64,000 nucleotides of DNA from Eledone cirrhosa (lineage: Eukaryota). Below are positions 1-12,501 of this stretch, piece by piece; the stretch's first letter is position 1, and each line of letters starts with the position of its first letter. Under the pieces are notes generated by a model, which made no database searches, had not been told where the DNA came from, and worked only from the letters and a program-made list of their open reading frames with translations. The DNA lies in NCBI GenBank assembly GCA_964016885.1, contig OZ024744.1:108500001-108564000 (forward strand). Direction: 5' to 3'. Made by a program: the position numbers and the translations under genes.

Positions 1-357
1 CCAGCATTTTGTTGAAAGATGGGTGAGAGAAGCAAGAATGGCCCGAGTGAATGGGCCGACTCTGAGTATATATCTGTAAACTAAAGGTGGAAAACTGGGA
101 GAGGGCACTTGCCTTGGTGGTCAGGGTCATTGTGGCTTTTTACTGGGCTTTCTCCACAAATGTCCCTCCGAAGTCTCCCCCCTATTGGGGAATTTTTTTT
201 TTTTTTTTTTTTTTTCATTGTTATTTTCATTGTTATTTTTGTTACATCCTCTGTTTTTGTTTTTTTACACGCAGAAATGCCCATTTGTACCGTCCTGCAT
301 TGTCCTGCACTGTCCTTAATGTCTACTTTATGTAAACCCTTGTGGTTAATAAAGAAA

Positions 358-360
<3 letters not shown>
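1..360 (+). mobile_element. 3' end of a Tx1/L1-clade LINE (copy A0; ORF2 C-terminus and 3' UTR), cut by the window edge
   Basis: Matches the 3' ends of the full copies at about 5977-6300 and 15838-16180, most closely the latter. Has AATAAA near 348 followed by (TTA)n. Confidence 0.9.

Positions 361-410
<50 letters not shown>
361..410 (+). repeat. (TTA)n tract joining the A0 tail to the 5' end of Tx1 copy A
   Basis: Pure TTA repeat directly between the polyadenylation-signal region and GGCGACCTACGTAGG. Confidence 0.97.
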
Positions 411-619
411 GGCGACCTACGTAGGAAATCGTATTATCGTGAGCTCCGCAAAGGTTTGTTATTTCCGTTTGTTTAAAAATTGCCATTTATGGAAAATTTT
501 ATTGTAAACTGTTTATAAGCACACATACATTGTTTTCCGAAAAGGACACCCAAAAAGATTGGGGCCTTGTGCCCAAAATTTTAACTTTTATTATTATCCA
601 AAAACTTCTTTGAAAAAAA

Positions 620-2601
620 ATGGCTAATTCCCCTCTGCACGAAGCAGCTGAAAGCCTTCCTCACAAAATAACACCTCACACCGACACCACCATTGTAAAT
701 GTTACTACGTTTGCCAACACAAAAAAAAATATAAGCAGTAGCAATATTTTAAATTTGTCTCAGGCAGACATTCATTTCCCGCCATTACCAATGACTGCAG
801 GTGTTAAAGCCTCCACCACCACCACCACCGCGACAACCACCACCACCACCACCGCGACAACAGAAACAAAAGAAGAAAAAATAAATTAACTCGTGACGTC
901 GAAATGAAATCAAGCAAAATGGACTCTTCCCCACCAAAGACGACTGACGTCACCACGACCACAACTGAAAATAAAATTAATATTAACGATAGCAACAACA
1001 ACAACAATGACATTATAAAACCGACCCTCAGTTTCGCCATCGTAGCAAAACAATTCGAAGCGTTCACGGTAACTCAAGAAGATTTAGAAAATGCCAAACA
1101 AATGGTAAAGAAAGATGGGTACAGGGTCAGCCTCCCCCCCCCCACCTAATAAAATGGAGCATCGGCGCCTGTGCACCGTGTCCTATAGAACAATAAATGT
1201 AAAATCGCGCCGAGTGGAACGGGCATCCGAGTCCCAAATCCAAAAAGCTTTGGGACATGTGTGGGCAAGAAAAACCCACATCAGACGTGGGCAAAAGTAT
1301 GGAACCGTGGATGTGTTCTTTGAAACACCAGAGGAGGCTAGAGAACACTCCATGGCCCCATTAAAAAGTGACGACCTCACACTCGTCCCAAGCTATTGTG
1401 GCCAGAGACTCGTAAAGATCAGGGTGACCCACGTTCCACCGGCCATCGAAATTCCCTGGCTAATAGCGGCTGTCCTCGCCGGCATCGAAGCCAACACGAA
1501 AATAATAGCAGTAGCAAAAGAAAAGCAGGAAAACTGGTCTGGATCTGGGATGGAGCTCCTGATCAAAGCGGACCAAAAAAGCATTGAGGAGATCCCAGAG
1601 GTAATAGACCTCACTGACGGCAGCCACCTCACCGTAATTGTCGAGGGCAGAAGACCTAGGTGTGTCGTTTGTGGTGAAGGAACCCACCTAAGGGCTTTCT
1701 GCCCTCAGGCTAAAAGGTTGAGGCCACCTCTCCTACCCACCCCAGTGACACAACCATCAACACCACCAGTAGCAGAGATGGCAGCAACAACTGTAGCAGC
1801 AACAACAGAAGCAACTATAACAGCAACAACCCCAGCAACAGTAGCAAAACCAACACCACCACCACCACCAGCAAAACCAACACCACCACCACCCAACGCT
1901 TCAGAACTAGCACCAGCGCCTACACCATCCACCACACCACAACCAAAACTAACGGCTGTGGAGGATTTTCCACTCCCCGACCTATCACAACTGGAGACAG
2001 ATTGTGATGACGAGGAGTGGGAACGGTATCCGGAAAAAAAAAAAGAAACCAAAAAAGAAAAAATTCTCTTCCTTCCCCCTCCAAAAACAAAATACAGAGG
2101 GAAACAAATAAACTAAGAAACAAAAAAGTTAGGACAGATATGCCACCATCCACACCAGCATCACCAACCCCATCAACCCAAACACCAACACCATCACCAT
2201 CATTAACTCCAACACCACCATCACCTACACCACAAAAGTCACCAAAATGCGAAACAGAAACAAACCCACAACAAACGCAAACAAAACAAAACAACCAAAA
2301 CGATACACACTACACAGCATTAAATTTGAACAACAAGCAATTATTACACTACATCCAACACAACACCAGCATCACAGAAAAAGACTACACAACAACCCCA
2401 AAATTCACACCACCTCCACACATACAAATCACTCGCATCACACAGAAAACGTACATGACACTAAAACAAAAATTCCCAAAAGACATCGGAGACTTCCGAC
2501 AAGCACTCTCCAGGAGGATTTATAAGGACATCCTTCCTGAGGAGGCCACAAGCAGTGAAAAGGATGGAAAAACCGTCCTTCCCCTACGAGAAGTAAGGTA
2601 A
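620..2601 (+). pseudogene. Tx1 ORF1 (gag-like nucleic-acid-binding protein, CCHC knuckle), split by indels at homopolymer runs
   Basis: ORF pieces 620-889, 904-1149, 1115-2116 and 2017-2601. Knuckle CVVCGEGTHLRAFC and a Pro/Thr-rich linker. Copy C reads through the first two breaks. Confidence 0.8.
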
Positions 2602-2635
2602 GTGGTCTTTCCCATCTTTTCCACTCCTTTTCAAC

Positions 2636-5600
2636 ATGACCTCACTCAGAATAGGCAGCATAAATGCGCGTGGCTTGGGGTCGTCATGGAAGCAGGGCCA
2701 CCCTCTCAACGACCTCAAGTCACTAAACATAGATGTAGTGGCCATCAGCGAGACCAGAATCTCCGAAGCACAGGCTTTCGCACCGATCTTCGGCGGCTAC
2801 GATGTGTACGCATCTCCCAGCCGTCCGGGATCGGAGGGAGGAGTTGCTGTGCTTTTTCGGAGAGGTTTGGATCTTGCCATACGGGCCATCTTCCTGGACC
2901 CAGAAGGTAAGTTAGTGGTGCTGGACGTGACCAGCGGAGACGGGCAAGCTTTCAGGTTAGTGGCCGTCTATGCCCCGACAGGAGCAGGGCGGCCTGATTT
3001 CTTCCGGCGTCTGGAGACCTTTCTTGGAACGTCCCGCTCTTTAGTGTTAGTGGGCGACTGGAACGGGATCTTAGATGCACGCTGGGATTGTGTGGGATTA
3101 GTGGATAGGGAAGGAGGGTGCAAGAGTCTCACCAACCTGCTCAGACGTTTTGAACTGTCTGACAGGTACCGAATGGATTTCCCGAATGTACCAATGTGGA
3201 CTTGGACAAATCGCATAGGGTCATCCAGATCATATCTAGATAGAGTATTTTGTAGGGAAATAGATAGGTCTAGCATAGGCTGTCCACAATTCAAGATAGT
3301 CAGCTACACGGACCACAAATTCGTGATCTGTGTGCTTGACTTAGATAGGCTTCATAGACGAGGACCCGGCTACTGGAAGCTAAACGCGTCCTTACCAGCG
3401 CGCAAGGCCTACAGAGACCGGATTAGCGAACTAGTTAAGCGGGCGTTGACGAGGGCCATCGTCAACAACAAGTGGTGGTTTGCTCTGAAAAGAGCAATTA
3501 GAATAGAGTCCATTAGGTTTAGTAAGACTTTAGCAATAGAGAAAAATAGAGCAGAGGGAGAATTAGTTAGAAAATTAGATGAGACGCTTAGCAAAGGCAT
3601 CGCGACCGACGTACTTGCGGCGAAATTGGCCCTTGACCAATTCTTCAATGCAAAGCACGAAGGCTGCGTTGTCAGAGTTAGGGTGCGTGCTCTCAGACAC
3701 GAGGGGACGAAAGCCGTTCAATGGGCCCGAGTGGCGGAGACGCGTCGTGGCAACAAAGCCACGATCCGGTCTTTGGTGGACCACGACGGGCGCATGCTAC
3801 TCGATCCCGGGCAAATGTGTGAAGCTTTTCAGCGACACTTCGCTCAACTGTTCGGGGGCAGTGGCGGGCCGGATCGAGGGATGGACTTTAGTGTCTACCT
3901 CGACGGACTGCCGCGGCTTTCGGCCACTGAGGCGGAGTGTTGCGAAAAGCCGATAACAACCGCTGAAGTACGGGATGCAATGACTAGTTGCACAAGGGGT
4001 AAATCGCCTGGTTTGGATGGTCTGCCCTATGAACTTTACGTACAAATGCCAAACTTGTTCGGAGGCCTCTTGGTGGACGTCTACTGCAACTGGCAACAGA
4101 ACGGGAGAATTCCCAGCTCTGTGAGCCGAGGAGCGGTGGCGCTGCTGAGAAAGGATCCGAACAAGGGGGATAACATAGATGATTTTAGGCCCATAACTCT
4201 GCTAAACACAGAGTTCAAGATTTTGGCCAAGGTGCTAGCAAAGAGGTTGGCGCTTGTCGTTGGTGGTCTGGTGGGAGAGGCACAGACATGCGCCATTCCC
4301 GACAGATCCATCCACGACAACCTCCACCTCATGCGATACATCGTAGAGAGGGTAGCTAGGGAACCTGGCACAGGTGGGTCTTTGATCAATTTAGATCAGT
4401 CGAAAGCCTTCGATAGGGTCGACCATCGTTACCTAACGGCAGTCCTGAGGGCGGCTGGCTTTGGGCCCGTCTTCAGAGGCTGGATCGCTGCCATGCACAG
4501 CGACATCTGCTCTGTAGTGAGAGTGAACGGTCACCTTTCGGAACCGTTCAACATCATGCGCTCGGTCCGCTAAGGATGTCCCCTCTCGTCCCTATTGTAC
4601 GTATTGACTCTCGAGCCATTACTGCACAAACTGGAGACGTTGAGGGGGGTCCCGCGCGAACTAGGATGCGGAAGATCCGTGTCAGCATATGCCGACGATG
4701 TCACCGTAGTGGTGTCGAACGCCAAACACATCGAGGCGATCGGCACTACACTAAGAGAATACGAAGCGGTGACAGGAGCAATGATCAACCAGGAAAAGTC
4801 AGTGGGCCTGCAGCTCGGCACCTGGAGAGGCAGGTCCATGCCGTCCAACAGCGTCGTCGGACGCTGGACGGACGGACCGGTTAAATTGCTAGGGGTCTGG
4901 TTCGGTCCAGACCTCCAGACGGACAAAAACTGGGACGAGGTGACGAGCAGGGTGGCTTCTCTCACCCAGAAATGGGCCGAGAGGAAGCTATCCCTGAAAG
5001 GTCGAGCGGAGGTGGCGAATGCGTACATCGCATCCGTCATCTACTACCGCCTGACCGTCGTACCTTGTCCTAAGCCCCGCCTGACTGCGCTGGAGCGTTT
5101 GCTCTTTCGCTTCTTGTGGAAGGGACGCGCTCCGATGGTCAGGCGGTCCATCTGCTGTCAACACCCGCTACGTGGAGGGCTGGGCATGCCGTGGCTGATG
5201 ATGCGCAGACACGCGCTCAGGCTACGACATCTCCACCTCTTCCTCGACGGTGATCAGGTGTGGTCGCCGTTTGCAAGACACGTTTTTCCCCAGCTCGTCT
5301 CCTTGACGGAGCTGCAGTCCTGGGTCAAGCGAAGACCGAGAGGGAGCGCTTGGAGACTTGAATGTCTTCAGGCTCTCACAGCCCTCGACCAATCGGGCAA
5401 TGTGATCGGTGGAAACTCCACCTTGGCGTTCTATAGGGGATTAGTGGAGGGGAAGGGCGACGACGTACTTGGAGAAACTCTAGGCGTCGACGAAAATCAA
5501 CTAGCCAATCTCTTCGGAAGGACTTTCGGGCCGGGGCCTATGGACAACTTCCAGAAATCCCTGGCCTGGCAGTGCTACCGAGGAGCTTTGCCAGTTCGGG

Positions 5601-6055
5601 ATAAACTCTACAGGCATGGAGGTGCCGTCAGCCGGGCATGTCCGAGATGCGCGCAGGGCGACGAAACCGTCCTGCACGCACTCGTCCAGTGTCCGAGCAT
5701 TGCTGACTTGTGGGCTTATGTCGAACACCTGCTGTCACGTGTAGGACCTATCCAGCTATCAGCTGAGTCCATCGTGAGGATTGCCCCGCCCCCTTCCTTT
5801 AGCCTGGAAGGGCAGGCAGTTTTTATCTGTCTGGTGGCCATGGCGAAAGAGATAGTATGGTGGACACGTTTGAAAGGGCTGAAGACGAGCACTTACCTCT
5901 TCGATGATGCCCTGATTAACTTTTTCAAATTTCATTTGAAAAGGAAAATCAGGGTAGAGAGGGAAGTGCTCTCTTCCCAGCATTTTGTTGAAAGATGGGT
6001 GAGAGAAGCAAGTATGGCCCGAATGAATGGGCCTTCTCTGAGTATGTGTCTGTAA
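2636..6055 (+). pseudogene. Tx1 ORF2: apurinic-like endonuclease + reverse transcriptase + C-terminal CCHC, one nonsense codon
   Basis: APE motifs SINARG, SET, GDWN, YLDRV, TDH. RT motifs KSPGLDG, RPITLLN, DQSKAFDRV, YADD. Zinc finger CPRC..ETVLHALVQC. Single CAA>TAA change at 4571 in the RQGCPLS motif (intact in copy B). Confidence 0.92.
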
Positions 6056-6297
6056 ATTAAAGGTGGAAAACTGGGAGAGGGCACTTGACCTGGTGGTCAG
6101 GGCCACTGTGGTCTTTTAATGGGCTTTCTCCACAAATGTCCCTTGGAAGTCTCCCCCCTATTGGGGAATTTTTCTTTGTTATTTTATTTCAACCTCTGTT
6201 TTTTTACACGCAGAAATGCCCATTTGTACCGTCCTGTATTGTCCTGTACTGTCCTTAATGTCTACTTTATGTGAACCCTTGTGGTTAATAAAGAAAA

Positions 6298-6299
<2 letters not shown>

Positions 6300-6352
<53 letters not shown>

Positions 6353-6363
6353 GTTGTTGTTAT
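6300..6363 (+). repeat. (TTA)n/(TTG)n tract shared tail-to-tail by Tx1 copy A and Dong-like copy 1
   Basis: Directly visible. Reads (TAA)n/(CAA)n on the Dong strand. Confidence 0.95.
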
Positions 6364-9300
6364 TCCTTGAATCTCAGTCATTGATGTTGGTTAACTGGAA
6401 AGTCCGTTGGAATGAATATCAAGCCACTACCTGCAGCCTCAGATATTCAGGACGTATCGGAGGGTTCTTGCTGTTCCAAGCAAGCATGCCTTTTGAAGCG
6501 TTCCAAAAAGCGTGAAGGGGCCGATTTTCTTTAACCATCCATGGAAACTTTTGGAGATAGTCCCCAGTGCACCTATGACAATCGGGATCACTTTGACTTC
6601 ATGGCAGTTCCAAATCCTTTTCACCTCCCACTTTAGGTCCTGGTATCGGTTAATTTTCTCCCTCTCCTTCTCTTGCACTCTCGTGTCGAAAGGGCAGGCC
6701 ACATCCACAATCAGACACGATCTTTTTTCTTTGTCCACAACCACCAGGTCAGGTCTATTGTGTTCCAGTTTTTTGTCCGTCTGTATCCTAAAATCCCACA
6801 GCACCTTCACCTGATTGTTCTCCATCACCGCCTCTGGCCTATGCTCATACCATTTCTCAGAATGTGGTAAATTGTTTACTTTGCACAGGTGCCAATGGAT
6901 CACCCTGCCCATCACATCGTGTCTCCAGCCCTTATAGTGGGTCTGGGCTAGGTGTTTACACTCGGACACAATGTGAGCCTCAGTCTCCTCTCTCTCTCCA
7001 CAGATCCTGCACAGTGGGCTAGCCTCCTCCTTGTAAATATGGTGCTTCAACCACTTCGTTTTGAGGGCCTGCTCCTGCGCAGCCATTAGCATTCCTTCTG
7101 TAGCCTTTTTGAGGTCTCCTCTTCTCAACCAGTTCCATGTCTGTGGATCTCTAAATTCAGTTTTCTCAAAGAAGGTACTATGAAGGGATTTTCCCTTAAG
7201 GCTGCTCTTCCTCCTTGATGTTATTTCCTCCTTGGACATCCCCTGGCCTACTGTCCCCTCCTTCAGTACAGTTCTGAGCATTGGCTCCTTACTATAGGTC
7301 ACGTATTTGTATAGGTTGTTTTTCTCCATCTGAACACAGTCCTCTATGCTGATAAGACCTCTTCCACCCTCAGATCTCCTTAGGTAGAGTCTATCGACAT
7401 CACTCCTCTTGTGGAACATGTTGTAGATAGTCAATAGCTTCCTAGTCTTCCTATCCATTTCTTTTTGTTCAGCAACATTCCATCTCAGAATTCCCGCACT
7501 GTACCTAATAATAGACACAGCTCGGGAATTTACTGCGCTTATGGCATTTCTGCTGTTCAGGTGTGACTTCAATACGCTCCTTACTCTCCGAATGTATTCA
7601 GTTCTTAACAATTCCTTCATTTTTTTGTTCTTTATGCCATCAGCCTCCAGAACACCCAAATACTTGTATCCTTCCTCAGAGTCAATTTCCTTTATCATCT
7701 CACCTGTTGGTATCTGGATCCCGTTACTTCTGCTCAACCTACCCCTCCTCATCACAATGACTCCACATTTACTAATACCAAACTGCATACATATATCACT
7801 GCTGAAAATACGGACAGTGTCAACAAGCACATCCAACTCCTTCTCACTTTTCCCGAAGAGCTTAAGATCGTCCATGAAGAGGAGGTGATTGATGGTAAGC
7901 TCTCCCTTTCCCAACTTGTATCCTGCTCTCACTTTTCGCAGCATAATGGTCAAGGGCATCATGGCAAGGACAAACAACAGAGGGGACAGGCTATCTCCCT
8001 GGAAGATACCTCTCTTGATCTTCACGCTTCCCAAGGATACTCCAGTTGATGTCAACTCTGTCTCCCAGGACTCCATACTCCTGCCCAGCAACTGTCTGAT
8101 GTTATTTGCCACCCTGAAGATCTCCAGGCTTTTGGTGATCCAAGAATGAGGCACCATGTCAAATGCCTTTCTGTAGTCTATCCATCCCATGGCAAGATCA
8201 GTGTGTCTCCTCCTGCAATTCCCCATTACCATCTTATCAATAAGTAACTGGTCCTTTGTACCACGTGACTTCTTTCGGCATCCTTTCTGTTCGTCCGGTA
8301 ACAAGTTGTTTGTGTGGAGGTGATGGTAGATTTCCTCAGACACAATGCTCGTCAACAGTTTCCACATTACGGACAGACATGTGATAGGTCTATAGTTGGT
8401 AACATCATTACCCTTGATTCGGTCTTTCATTATCAGAACTGTGGTACCTTTTGTCAACCACTCTGGCACCTCACCCGACACCAAGCAGTCATTGAACATG
8501 GCCGTCAGCTTCGGGTGGAGGGGTGTTAAATTTTTAATCCAATACCCCTGCACACCATCTGGGCCTGGTGATTTCCAGTTGGTTAGTTTTTTGGCCTGCC
8601 CCTTAAGAGTTTCAACTGTGATACTCAAATCAGTTTGTTGGTGTGCCTGCACACCGATCACCCTCTGTACTGTCTCAATCCACCCTGCCTGGACATTATG
8701 TCTAACATCCTGCTCCCATATTCCTCTCCAGAATGTTTTAGTTTGCTCCGCCCCAGGGATCAAGTCGTTGCCTCTTTCTTTCCCCTCAACCTGTCCAAAC
8801 AGCATCTTCTGGTTGTTGTCGAACATGCGGTTCTGTTTATACTGACTGACTCTGTTCTCGTATCGCCTGATTTTTGCACTCTTTGCTACAATGCGTTGCT
8901 TCAGTTCCTCTATGATAATATTTAGCTTTTTCCTCCTAGTTTTGTACTTTATTTCCAGTCTATTTTTAGTGCCTATGTTTTTTAGTGTCCCATTCAGTAG
9001 TGACTCAAGCTTTCCTATGTCATTTCTCATTTCCCCGATTTGACCACTCAGTCGTTTCTTCCACCACGGCTCTGCTCTTTCTTGTCTGTTGTTTCCTCTC
9101 GCTTTTATACCAAGTAGTTTCCTCACCGTATTTGCTGTTGCTTTGAGGATATTGTTGCACTGGTGAAGGCTCCTCGCCTCAAGGTATGGGATGACTTTGT
9201 TTACCTTAGCTGTTGTTGTTTCTTTTAACTTTTTCCTGTCTACAAATCTTAGGTTCATAGGTCTCCCACTATCATTGTTCAATTCATCTACCACTAAATT

Positions 9301-10052
9301 TAGGATGTCAACCGAATCTTGTCCTAGCCCGTCAGCATTCATCTCCTCAGTGTCCGTATCTCTGTTCCAGGTATTATTTATCTCAGTATTCAGATCATTG
9401 TCTGCTTCGGGTGGTTCCTCCCTTCTCAGGACCTCTTCACCTTCATTTCCCACTGGCTCGCTTGTCTGGCATACTACACCCGCCATCTCCAAGCCATTCT
9501 CTCTGCTCAGTTCCTCCAGTTCCAGCTCGCTTATCCACCCATTAGTTCTTATTACCCGAGCCTGCCCGGCCAATTTTTGTTCATCTAATTTAAATGGACC
9601 AATCTCGTTCCAGATGTTATGCATCCGTCTCCTATAGCCCCTCTCCTTGGGGTTACTTTTCAGGTAACAGTTCTATTCAATTCTTTCGTCCAGTTGGTTC
9701 TGGCCCCTTTCCTTCTTCTTCTTCCTCCAACATCAGCAGTATTTGGTTGACAGTCAGGTTCCTGCTGCTGAGCCAGGGGGCACCTGTTGGGTGAGAGTCT
9801 GTCACATGACGTTCTAGTCTCCATTTCACCGTTATTCGAACTGTTTATGTTCGATATTTAAACACTCTTATCGAGGATTGGCGAATGTATGGTTACATAG
9901 CCATCTGTGGATCCGCCATCCCACTTGGCCCTTGTGTGGCATTATCACCACGCTGTTTACGAACACACATAAACAAACAAACACACAGGCAGAAAGGGTC
10001 CCAAAAAATTAATAAGCATAAGTTTCATTGTAATGTAGTGTTCGAATGTCTG
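6364..10052 (-). mobile_element. Full-length R4/Dong-like non-LTR retrotransposon (single ORF, RT + restriction-like endonuclease), copy 1
   Basis: Short 3' UTR ending in (TAA)n. The 5' boundary (plus strand TTCGAATGTCTG) is shared with copy 2 at 19383. Confidence 0.88.
6439..9824 (-). CDS. R4/Dong-like RT-RLE polyprotein; 1061 aa open from 9624, with a 10-nt deletion near 9669 detaching the true N-terminus
   Basis: WKSPGPDG, YRPITCL, IDYRKAFD, GIFQGDSLSP, FMDDLK, CRICG..ETEAHIVSEC, RHD, RPDLVVVD..IVDVACP, EKINRYQDL. Copy 2 shows the METRTSCD start and an extra TTGCATAACA. Confidence 0.87.
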
Positions 10053-10159
10053 ACTTAGTTTTTGTTTTTTTAGTTTTAGTTTTTCCCCCCTCTTCTCTGT
10101 CCGTCCGCCTGCTTCTCTCTTCATTCTAATTTTCTTTACGTTTTTTTTTTTTTTTTCCC

Positions 10160-10183
10160 ATTATTATTATTATTATTATTATT
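10160..10183 (+). repeat. (TTA)n tract before Tx1 copy B
   Basis: Directly visible. Confidence 0.93.
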
Positions 10184-10398
10184 GAATGCCATGGTTGACG
10201 GAGGCTCGGCTCTGTAAGGTATAGTAATTTTTAACCGTTAAAACAATTGTAAATTGTTTAAAACTTGAACCAAATTGTTGATAAAGACACCCTCCTCCTC
10301 GTGAGAGGGGTCTTTCTGTCCGTTATTTGGCCCTTCGGGATTAAATAACCAGTTATTGGGGTTTTGTACCCAAAATTTCATTTTAAACAAAAAACAAC

Positions 10399-12466
10399 AT
10401 GGCTACAAAAAAGAAATTTCATACGTCACTCCCACTCATTCCGTCTTCTTCCTCAATCATCACTACAGCAGAGAGAAGATTGTCTCTCTCCCTCCCTTCT
10501 CTTTCGCAAGTGACGAAAGAAAAGAAAAGTCTCGTGCAAAGCGTGCAAGGTTTCTCCACGACGACGACGACAGCGACGAAACAGGTGTGCGGGAAATACG
10601 AAAACCCAGTTCATTCGTCTGACGTCAGGAATAATAGCAGTAGCAGCCGTAATAACAACAGCAACAGTGACAATGAAAACAACAGTAGCAGCCGCAACAG
10701 CATCACCAGCAGCATAAACAACAACAGCATTAGCAGCAGCAACACCAACAACAACCACAGCAACAGCGGCGGAGGCAGTAGTCGTAGTACCTGCAGCAAC
10801 AACAAAAGTACCAGCAGCTCTGACGGCAACAACAACAGCAGAGAAAAACCAATCTCATTTGCAGGTATTGCGAAAAACTTGGAAACAATCCTCATAACAA
10901 ATGAGGAATTAGAGGAAGCGAAGAAGATGGTGACAAAGAACGGACACCGAGCAATCTGCAAGGCAGCGGAAAAATTTTTCGAAACCCAAGAGCACTGTAC
11001 AGTCACGTACCGTACAGTAAGTACAAAATCCCGTAGGGTAGAAAGAGCCACAGAGGCCCAAATACAAAAAGCCTTGGGGTCTGTGTGGCAGCGGAAAACG
11101 CACATCACCCGAGGCAAAAAATATGCCACCGTAGACGTACTTTTTGCCACACCCCAGGAGGCAAAGGCCCAATCAGTAGTGACCCTAAGGAGCGAGGAAA
11201 TGGTGTTGGTGCCCTCCTACTGCGGGCAAAAAATTGTGAGGGTCAAACTGACCCACGTCCCCCCCCGGAATGACCCCTTCTTGGCTGGCCGCGTCTGTCC
11301 TCGTCGGAATCGAGGACAAAACAACTGTACTGCAAGTACAGAAAAAAGTAAGAGAAGATTGGGTCGGCTCCTCCATTGAGATGCTAATCCAAACCAACCA
11401 GGAGTGCATCGAAGCTATCCCGGATGTGATAGACTTCGATAACGGCACTCAACTGCCCATAAGTGTTGAGGGCAAACGCCCGAAATGCTTTCGCTGTGGA
11501 TCGAAGACTCACCTCAGGGCCTTCTGCAACGAGAAGACCCTGAGAAAGGAGAAAACCCCCCTCCTTCCGAATCCGGCTCCACGGCTACCAGCAACAGGAC
11601 AAGCGGCAACCAGGAACGATAGGTCCGTGGCACCCATACCCATTCCACGGAAATCAAAAACAGCAGCAGCAGTGGAAATATTAACAACAACAACAGCAAT
11701 ACCAAATGCAGCTGCAACAGAGACTCCAGTGCAAACATCACCAACAACAACAAGTGAAAGAGTGGAGCTGGCACCCCTCCCCGACCTCACAGAATCAGAC
11801 ATGGAGTGTGAGGTGGGAGAGGGATGGCAAAAGGTCGCAAGAAGGCACAAACGGAGAAGCAGCGCATCGTCGCCTTTGAAAAGGGAGGAAAGAAATGAGA
11901 AAAGGGTAAAGTCTACTGCAAAGAGACTCACAGCAGCAACACCACCAACACCATCACCACCCACACCAGCACCACCATCACCACCGGCGACAACCCCACC
12001 GCCAACAACACCTTCAACACCACCACCACAAGCACCAACATCGCAAACACAACAACAAAACACACACACCCAGCAACAACGACAAGAAAATAGCAGAACC
12101 ACACCCCACCCCCAGAAAAACAAATGCACGGCAATAAACACACACAACAAGAAACTAATGACTTACATAATTGAACACACAGACATTTCACAACAGGACT
12201 ACATAATACCAGCACCAATCAAAACGCCAACTAACATAAGACTGCTAAAAATAGCACAGAAACAATACACAAACATTAAAACGAAATTCCCCAACGCAGT
12301 TGGTGATTTCAGGGACCTAGGAGGAACCATCAATCGAAGAGTATATTCAGACATTCTCTTAGAAGGGCCGACGACCAGCCGAAGGGACGATTCAACGGTC
12401 CCTTCAACAGACGATCAAGTGAAAAGGGATGTAAAAACCATCCCTCCTCTACCAAAAGTACGGTAA
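10399..12466 (+). pseudogene. Tx1 ORF1 type II (CCHC), one frameshift in a C-run near 11260
   Basis: ORFs 10399-11379 and 11270-12466. Knuckle CFRCGSKTHLRAFC. Shares the core KSRRVERA.E.QIQKALG.VW with type I. Confidence 0.82.
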
Positions 12467-12501
12467 GTGGTCTTTCCCATCTTTTCCACTCTATTTTAAA
12501 C

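Larger units (their letters stand above)
411..6299 (+). mobile_element. Full-length Tx1/L1-clade non-LTR retrotransposon, copy A (ORF1 type I)
   Basis: 5' UTR, CCHC ORF1, APE-RT-zinc finger ORF2, 3' UTR with AATAAA and a (TTA)n tail. The 5' boundary is identical to that of the copy starting at 19459. Confidence 0.93.

Noticed and set aside
620-2601. Programmed ribosomal frameshifts in Tx1 ORF1
   Set aside because: The breaks fall in homopolymer runs and differ between copies A, B and C, which fits slippage or sequencing error.
4571-4573. Stop-codon readthrough or recoding in ORF2
   Set aside because: Copy B has CAA at this position. It is a private nonsense mutation.
10284-10320. HDV-like ribozyme suggested by TCCTCGTG in the copy B 5' UTR
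   Set aside because: The flanks pair as a simple hairpin, and I could not build the nested P1/P2 pseudoknot.
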